A DNA stretch of 48,436 nt from an uncultured Planctomycetales bacterium (lineage in GTDB: Bacteria > Planctomycetota > Phycisphaerae > UBA1845 > JAFGLZ01): NCBI GenBank assembly GCA_964550865.1, contig CAZKCX010000001.1, positions 1 through 48,436 of the forward strand, in the 5' to 3' direction. Both the position numbers and the translations under genes were made by a program. Shown here piece by piece: positions 37,001 to 46,000 of the stretch. The number at the start of each line of letters is the position of its first letter. The first letter of the stretch is position 1. A model generated the notes under the pieces. The model saw only the letters and a list, made by a program, of their open reading frames with translations. It was not told the DNA's origin and searched no databases.

Positions 37001-40000
37001 GCGTCGATGAAGATGATCGACCTGAACAACGCCCGCGCCGACGAGGTCGCCCAGCTGCTGACGGAGATGCTCGGGGCCAAGCTCGGCCGTCGCGGACGTC
37101 GCAGCGAGATGCGTCAGGTGCAGATCCTTCGAGATCCCCGGCAGAACAAGCTGATCGTCTTCGCGCCGGACGACATCATGCAGCAGGCCGAGGAGATGGT
37201 GAAGCAGCTCGATGTGCCCATCGGCGACGAGGGCGGCGTGCGGTGGATCGAGCTCGAGAACGCCGACGCGAGCTACGTCGCCTCGACCCTCCAGCAGATG
37301 TGGGAGACGAAACAGCGACGTGGCCGTCCGCGCTTCGAGCAGCTGCCCGTGCAGATCTGGGCGGAGGCGATCACGAACTCGGTGCTGGTGATGGCCTCGC
37401 AGGAGGATTACAAGGAGATCGAGAAGCTCGCCAAGGAGCTGGACAGCAAGTTCAAGTCCGCCACGACCCAGCCGACGATCGTCAAGCTCAAGTACGCCGA
37501 GCCGAGCTACGTCATCACCATGTGCCAGGAGATGTTCCTGCCGCGGGCGGGCCAGCGTCCGGGTGCGCGACGGAGCAAGGCCACCGAGAGCATTTCCTTC
37601 ATCCCCATGCGGGACGGCCTGATGGTCCGCGCGCCCCAGTCGCGGATGAAGGACATCCTCGAATTCATCGAGAGGCTCGACGACCCGGGCGAGACCAAGC
37701 TGACCGTCAAACGCTACCACCTCAAGGGCATGGACGTCCAGACGCTGTACACCACGCTGAGCGAGGTCTTCAGCAAGACGGATCTCCAGCGCGATGAACC
37801 GCGCCCGGGCTTCGCCGTCGATCCACCGAACGAGACGGTGACGGTCACGTGTTGGACGTCCCGTCTGCCGGACATCGAGAAGGTCGTCGAGGACTTCAAG
37901 AAGGCCGAGGCCGAGAAGGAGCCCAGCAAGCGGGAGATGATCGAGGTCAAGTACACCCGCGCGACCTATGCGGCCTCGACGTTGGAGAGCCTGCTGCGGA
38001 AGGAACTGGGCGATCGGGCGGCCCGGCTGGGCAGTCGGTTGAGCATCGGCGTGGAGGATCGGTTGAATAGGGTCGTGGTCTTCGCCCCACCGGATGTCAT
38101 GGAGAAGGCCAAGGCGATCCTGGCGACGATCGACGTGAAGATGCCGGGCGCGACGACGCGCGCGTCGGACATCGACTTTCAGGTGGTCAAGTGGATCCCG
38201 ATGGAGAACATCGACGCGTCGTCGGCCGCGAGCACCATCAACCAGATCTGGGAGGCCTCGCAGCCGCCGCGCCGCTCGCAAGAGAACCGCCCGCCGATTC
38301 GGATCTGGCCTGAGACAATCACGAATACCGTGCTGGTGGCCGGGGCGTACGGCAAGGAGTACGAGCTCATAGAGACCATCGCCCAGGACATCGACCAGAA
38401 GGCGATCGAGAACCCCAACAAGCCCATCCTCATCAAGCTGGACTACGCCACGCCCAGCGAGGTGACCAGCATGGTCGAGGCGCTCTTCGTCCCGCCGGGC
38501 CGACGCCGTCAGAAGGAAGTGATGATCTCGACGGTGAGCGGCGGCGTGATCGTCCGGGCGCCGAAGGTCAAGCTGAAAGAGATTCAGGAGTTCATCGACT
38601 CCTACGACGAGCCCGACGCCACAGGCCTGAAGATCCAGACGTTCTACCTGCCGCAGACGAACGTCAGCGAGCTGGCCAGCACGCTGAGCACGATCTTCGG
38701 CTACAAGGAAAGACGACGAAATGAGCCCGGCTGGAGCTTCATCCCGAACACCGACGCCGACATGCTCATGGTGCTCGCTCCCGAGACCCGGATGAAGGAA
38801 ATCGAGGAGGTCATCAAGGAGTACGAGGAAAACGTTCAGAAGATGACCTCCAAGATGCAGATGTTCGACCTGCAGTTCACGCGGGCGGATTACGTCGTCG
38901 GGGTGCTGAACGATCTGCTCCGCGAGAAGCTTCGCCGCACGCGCGGACGGCGGGCCGTCAACCAACTCCAGATATCGTACGAGTCGCGGCAGAACAAGGT
39001 CGTCGTCTTCGCCCCCGACGAGGTGATGAAGCAAGTCGAGGAGATGATCAAGCAGATCGACATCGAGCTTCCGGACGAGGGCGATCGGGTCAAGTGGATC
39101 CAGATCGAGTACGCCGACGCCGGCGAGGTCGCCCAGACGGTCGAGCAGATGTTCGAGCAAAAGCGGGGGAGCCGGCGCCGCCGGGATTCGTACTCCATCC
39201 GCGAGGTCCGCATCTGGCCGGAGCGCGTCACCAACAGCATCCTCGTCAGCGCCGACCAGGAGGATTACGAGGAGATCGAGAAGCTCGCCAAGAAGATCGA
39301 CGAGGAGTACGCCACCAAGGGCCTGGAGCGCGTCAAGATCACGCCCAAGTACGTCAGCGTCAGCCAGATCCAGAGCCTCATCGACAGCCTGTTCTACGCG
39401 CGGACCCACCGGCGCGATGTGCGGCATCAGACCCAACGGATTCGCATCATCCCAGCCGGTGCGTACAGCTTCTTCCTGGAGGCGCCGAAGGACAAGCTTT
39501 CCGAGGTCCAGAAGCTCATTGAGGAGATGGACACTGAAGGCGAGAACGCCCCCATCGTCAAGACGTTCAAGATGGGTGACGTGGATGTCCGCCAGCTCGC
39601 TCAGGCGCTGAGCATGACCACGGGGAACATCGGGTCGTACATGCCGGATCCCCGCCGCGGGGCGCTGATCGTCAGCGCGCCGAAGCACCAGTTCGACCGC
39701 ATCGAAAAGGCGATGGAGCAGCTCAAGGCCGACATCGAGGAGGAGGAGGCCCAGTTCCGTGTCTTCACGCTCAAGCATGCCCAGCCCAACGCCATCGATG
39801 GCCAACTACGATCCCTCATCAGCATGCGCCTGAGCCGTCGCACCCGCTACCGCGGGGAAGACCTGCGGCTTTCGCTGATGGCCGATCGGAGCAACAACCG
39901 GCTGTTCGTCTACGCCGGGCCGGAGGAGATGGCCCTCGTTGAGTCGATGTTGGAAGAGCTCGACGTACCCGGCCTCAGCCAAGAGGCCGTCCTGCGGACG

Positions 40001-43000
40001 CTGCCCCTGGAACGGACCGACTGCGAATACATGGCCAGCGTGATCCAGCAGGTCTTCACACCCGAGGAGCTCAAGCGCCGTCGCGTCCGTCGCGGCATGT
40101 CCTCGCAGGACGCCATCCCGATCCGCGTCGTGCCCGAGCCGACGACGAACACGCTGCTGGTTACCTGCGCGGAGGAGGACTTCCGCGAGATCGAGCTCTT
40201 CGTCGCCCGGCAAGAGGACGCGTATCGGGAGAAGGAGAAGGCCCTCGAGCTGATCACGCCGAAGTACGTGACGGAAAGCCAGCTGATGGCCACGGTGAAC
40301 GCGATCTACAACCCGCCGCGTCGTCGCGGGGAGCGCCAGAAGCGCTATACGGAGATCCGCGCAATCCCGGCCAGTGGCAGCAGCTTCTTCCTGGAGGCGC
40401 CGAAGGACAAGATGGAAGAGCTGAAGGAGCTGATCGCCAAGCTCGACGTCGAAGACCAGAACCGGCCCGTCGTCCGTACCTACAAGCTCAAGGACGTCGA
40501 CGTGCGGCAGCTCACGCGGCTGCTCCAGACCACGATGCAGAACAAGGGAAGCTTCATCGCGGACCCGCGAATGGGCATGGTCATCGTCAGCGCTCGGGAG
40601 TTCCAGTTCCCCGAGATCGAGGAGATGATGACCAAGCTCCAGAAGGACTTCGAGGAGACCCGCCAGCAGTTCGAGATCATCGAGCTCGAGCACGCGCGGC
40701 CGAGCTCGGTCTACAGCACGCTCAGTCAGCTGGTCAGCATTCGCATGAGTGAGCGGCGGAGTCGACGCGGCCAAAGCCTTCAGCTCTCGATGATTCCGGA
40801 CGACAGCAACGGGCGGTTGTTCGTCTATGCCGCCCAGGAGGAGATGGAGCTGGTCAAGGAGATGCTCGGGAAGCTGGACATCCCGGGGATGATCAAGGAG
40901 GCCCAGCTCTTCACGATCGAGTTGGATCGTCTGGATTGCAGCTATATGGCCAGCAAGATCCAGCAGGTCTTCACGCCGGAGGAGCTCAAGCGCCGGCGCG
41001 TCCAGCGCGGCGATTCGGCCCAGGACCTGATCCCGATCCGCGTCGTCCCCGAGGACATGACCAACTCCCTCCTGATTACCTGCGCCGAGGAGGACTTCCA
41101 GGACATCCAGAAGTTCGTCATGGAGCGCGAGGCCGCCTACACGAAGAAGGACAAGGTCCGCGAGCTGATCACGCCGAAGTTCATCAGCCAGAACCAGCTG
41201 ATGGCCACGATCAATGCCATCTACAATCCCCCGCGGCGGCGGGGGGTGCGTCAGAAGGACGTGCCGGACATCCGGGCGATCCCCGCCAGCGGCAGCAGCT
41301 TCTACCTGGAAGCGCCCAAGGACAAGATGCCCGAACTGCTCGAGCTGGTGAAGACGCTCGATGTCGAGGACGAGAACCAGCCCGTCGTGCGGACCTACCG
41401 CGTCAAGGACGTGGACGTCCGCCAGCTCGCGAGCCTGCTGCAACAGACGATGCAGAACAAGGGCAGCTTCTATGCGGACACGCGGATGGAGATGCTCATC
41501 GTCTCGGCCCCGGAGTTCCGGTTCGAGAAGATCGAGCAGACGATGAACGATCTAAAGGAGAACCTTGAGGCCGTCCGTCAGCAGTTCAAGGTCTTCCCGC
41601 TGAAGTTCGCCAAGGCGAGCAACATCTATAGCCAGCTCAGCCAGCTCGTCACGACACGCGTTCGCGGACGTCGGGGCAACGCGGAGCTGACGATTCTGCC
41701 CGACCAGGTGCTCAACCGCCTCTTCGTGTACGCCGGTGACGAGGAGATGAAGGTCGTCGAGGACATGCTCGCCGAGCTGGACGTCGAGGGCGTCGAGCCC
41801 GAGCAGCAGGTCTACTCGATCGAGCTGGAAAACGCCGACTGCAGTTGGGCCGCGTCCATGGTCCAGAACATGTTCACGCAGGAGGAGCTTCGCCGGCGTC
41901 GTCGGGGTCGGACCGGAACCGTCGTCGCGCCCATCCGCGTGCTGGCCGATCAGATGAGCAACCGCCTGCTGATCTGGGCCTCGCCCCGCGACTACGAGGA
42001 CATCGAGAAGTTCGTCATGGAGCTGGACGAGCGCGCGGAGGAGACCAAGATCGAGCGGCGGATCCTCCAGCCGAAGTTCATCCGCGCGAACGAGCTGTAC
42101 GGCATGATCCAGACGCTGTTCCTTCAGCAGCGTCGACGGACCGGCCAGCGCCAAGAGTTCATCGAGACGTTCATGGTGATGAGCGGGGCCGACATCATCC
42201 TAAATGGCCCGAAGGACCGGCTCGACGAGATCGAACAATTCGTCAAGTCGGTCGATACCGAAGAGCGCGCCAAGCTCGAGATCAAGACCTTTGAGCTGCC
42301 CGACGTCGATCTGAACTCGCTCATCTCGATGCTCAACCAGGTCTTCGCGCAGGATGCGCGGCGGCAGCGCGGCAACACGCTCTTCATCCCGGATCCGCAG
42401 AACAACGAGTTGATGGTCTCTGCACCGAAGTCGCTGATGAAGGACATCGAGGAGTTGATCGACAAGAAGCGCGAGGGCGCGGCCAAGCGAAGCCGCAGGC
42501 TCACGATGGTCGAGGTCAAGCACACCGACGCGAACTACCTGGCGAACATGTTGCGCCCCTTAATCGTCGAGAAGGCGCGAAGCCGTCGCGGTCGGTACGT
42601 CCAGCCGGAGGTCACGATCACCCCCGAGCCGCGCATGAACCGGCTGTTGATCATGGCCGCCGAGGCCGAGACGCAGATCGCCATGGAGCTGATCCAGGAG
42701 CTGGACACCGAGGCCATGGCGCTGAAGGGACAGGTCCGGACGATCGAGCTCAAGAAGGCGGAGGCCAGCTACGTCGCCAGTACGCTCCAGACGATGTTCA
42801 GCCGACGGAGCCAGATGCGCCAGTCGTACTCGTCCTCGACGACACCGGTGTACGTGGTGGCCGAGGAGATGACGAATCGGCTCTTCGTGGCGGCCAGTGA
42901 TGCGGACTTCAAGGAGATCGAGAAGCTCGCCCAGGAGATGGACGAGGCCGCCGAGCTGGAAGGCGTGCAGGAAGAGAAGATCGAGATCAAGTTTGCCAAC

Positions 43001-46000
43001 CCGAGCCAGCTCGTCAGCGTGATCCAGCAGATGTTCACGCCGCTCAAGAGCCGCGGCCGTCGGCAGGAGAGCGACGTCCGGTTGAACGTGATGGGCACAA
43101 ACATCATCGCCCAGGCGCCGGCCAAGAAGATGGTCGAGATCAAGCGGTGGATCCAGGAGCTGGACGTCGAGGAATTCGCCGAGACGGTGACGAAGTTCAT
43201 CCCGTTGGAGATCGCCCGCGCGCGGGAGATCGTCGGCATCATCCAGCCGATGCTCCAGGCCAAGGCGCAGGAGCTGGAGCTTCGGCAGGGCCAGCGGAAG
43301 CGTCGCGGCGGGGAGCTTCAGGTGTTGCCGGACGTCCGGAACAACCGCCTGATCATTACCGCGCAGAGCCAGATCGTCACGATGGCCGAGGAGTTGATCA
43401 AGGAGCTCGACGTCGAGGACCCGGCGTGGACGGGGGAGACGGTGGAGATCGTCGACCTCGACAAGGCCGACGCCACACAGGTCGCCCAGGTGCTCGACCA
43501 GATTCTGCGCGACGACGAAGGGGGGCGCCGGCGCCGGCCGAAGAAGGGCAGCAGTCGAGAATACACCGGACTCGCGGTCACGATCGTGCCCGATGCGGCC
43601 AGCAATACCCTCATCCTCAAGGGCCTGCCGCGCGAGCTGGATCGCGTCAAGGAACTGGTCGCGGAGATCGAGGAGAAGGCCGTCGCCGGCGGCGTGCAGT
43701 TCCAGCTCTATCGTTTGGAGGAGTCGGACGCCGAGGAGGTCGCCACCGTCGTCCAGCAGATGGTCACGGCGGCAAGCGGCGCGCGAGGCCGCCGCGCGCC
43801 CGTCCAGGTCACGAGCAACTACATGATGAACGCGGTCTTCGTGGCGGGCACGGCCAAGCAGCAGACGATGGCCAAGGCCGTGATCGACGCGTTCGAGGAG
43901 CCCGCCTACGAGATCGACCCGGTGACCGGTGAGAAGACCCTTATCGAGCGAAAGCCGTTCGAGTTCATCACGCTGGAGTACTCCGACGCGTACGATCTGC
44001 TTTATGACATCGAATCCCTCGTGGAGAAGCGGTTTGGTGAAAAGGGACCAACGCTCGAGACCCTCTGGAATGACTCGTCGGTGCTAATGGTCAGCGGCAA
44101 GCCCGACCAGGTGAAGTACGTCAAGGAGTTGGTCCAGTTCTTCGAGGACAAGAACGCCAAGAAGCCGCCCGTCACGCGGACGTTGGACCTGGGCATGCTC
44201 AGGGCGGAGGATCTCAAACGCCAGCTCGGTGCCTGGGGATTGGCCGATCCGAACAAGGTGACGCTCGTGGGCGAGGAGCCCGTCGGCGAGCTGGTCAAGG
44301 AGATCACGATCAAGCACGCGATGGAGCTTCGCCAGCAGGCAAAGGACCCGAACTTTTCGGAGAAGGAAGGGGGGCGCACGCGATCCAAGAAACTCTATCG
44401 CAAGCCCAAGACGAAGAAGGGCGGTTCGCGGTTCGAGCCGCCGAGCGTACTCGCGGAGTTGCGGGCGGAGTTAAGTGGCATCGTTTGCTCGGCCAAGGCC
44501 ACAACGACGAAGCCCGTGACCACACAGCGGACCAAGACGCTGAAGATCCGCAAGAAGAAGGCGCCGACCACCGCAGCGGTCAAGAACGCGGCGACGGTGA
44601 AGGCCAAGGCCAAACCCAAGTCTCCGCCGGCGACGAAGAAGCAAGATCCCAAGGCGAAGTCGTCGGGCAAGGCCAGGGCCGATGCGGCGAAAGCCGCCGC
44701 CGAGAGGAAGCAGGATCCCAAGGCCAAGAGTGCGCCGAAGAAGGCCGACTCGCCGTCCGCGGCCGACACCAAGAAGATCCTAGGCAAGTCCAAGCCGAGC
44801 AAGTCGACCGCCGAGCCGGTCGTCAGGCAGGCGACGACGGCGCCGCCGAAGGCCATCCAGGTGGCCACGCCCGACAAGTCTGAACCGAAAGCAAAGCAGC
44901 GGTCGTCGCGCAAGCCGGCCGCGAAGTCGAACGCCAAGACCGCCCCAGCGAAGACCAAGCCCGCCAGCGCCAAGAAGGATCCCGAGGCAAAGGCGGCCAA
45001 GACGGAGGCGGCACCTTCGAAGGCGGGCGGCTCGGAGGCTGCGAAAAAGGCCGCCACGGCAGAGGCCACGGAACCCGTAGCGCCGAGGCGCGAGTCCTCG
45101 GACGCCGAGTCCCTTGGCCTCGGGATGCGGCGAACTCGGGGCGATGAGCCAAGGCAGCGAAGGCAGCCGCCGGTTGAGGTCATCATCGACGCGAAGACGG
45201 GCACCATTCAGGTTAAGGGTCCCGACCGCAAGGTGGCGGAGATCGAGGAGTTGATCGGTACGCTCCAGTGGGAGATCGAGCCGCCGGCCGGCAAGGAGAC
45301 CGAGATCCGGGTCTATCAGCCCGAGTACATCGACGTGAACGTAGCGGCGGCGCTGTTGGAACGGGTGTTCAACGAGCGGCGCAAGCGGGTTGTTCCTCCC
45401 AAGCGGACCGCGCAGAAGGGCAAGAAGGAGGAGAAGAAAGAACCGGACGAGGAAGAGCGGATGATGTCGAATCTCCGCGAGATGATGCGAAGCCAAGGGG
45501 CAGCCGCCGCGGCGGCGGGGCTCCGCATCGTGCCGGATTCCCGTACGGGCTATCTCGTGATTCGGGGCCATCCCGAGACGATCGAGGAGGCCCTCGAGCT
45601 GTTGGCGAAGATGGACGTGCCGGGCCTGCCGCCGGGGGATATCCGGTACTTCCACTTGGTGAACCTGGACGCCCAGGAGGTCGAGCAGAGCCTCAAGGCC
45701 GTTCTGAAGCTCGAGACCCGACGGCCGAAGCTGCCGGCGATCCCGAAGGATCAGAACAAGGCCATCAAGGCCCTCCAGCAGCAGATCCAGCAGCTGCAAG
45801 GTGCGACGGGTGGCGTGGCGTTTACAAGCGATCAGGTGACGATCACGTCCAACGCCTCGACGAATACGTTGATCTGCATGGCGCCGGACGAGGTGATGAA
45901 GGAGATCGAGGACTTCATCGACACGCTCGAGACCGAGGCGGGCGGCATCGAGATCGAGACGCTCACGCTCGATGCGGCGGACGCCACGCAGGTCGCCAAG

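Noticed and set aside
36322-43170. The regular periodicity could have suggested a CRISPR array or a satellite repeat.
   Set aside because: The period is ~0.9 kb rather than tens of bp. The copies are diverged and remain in one open reading frame with conserved protein motifs. This is a coding domain repeat, not CRISPR.
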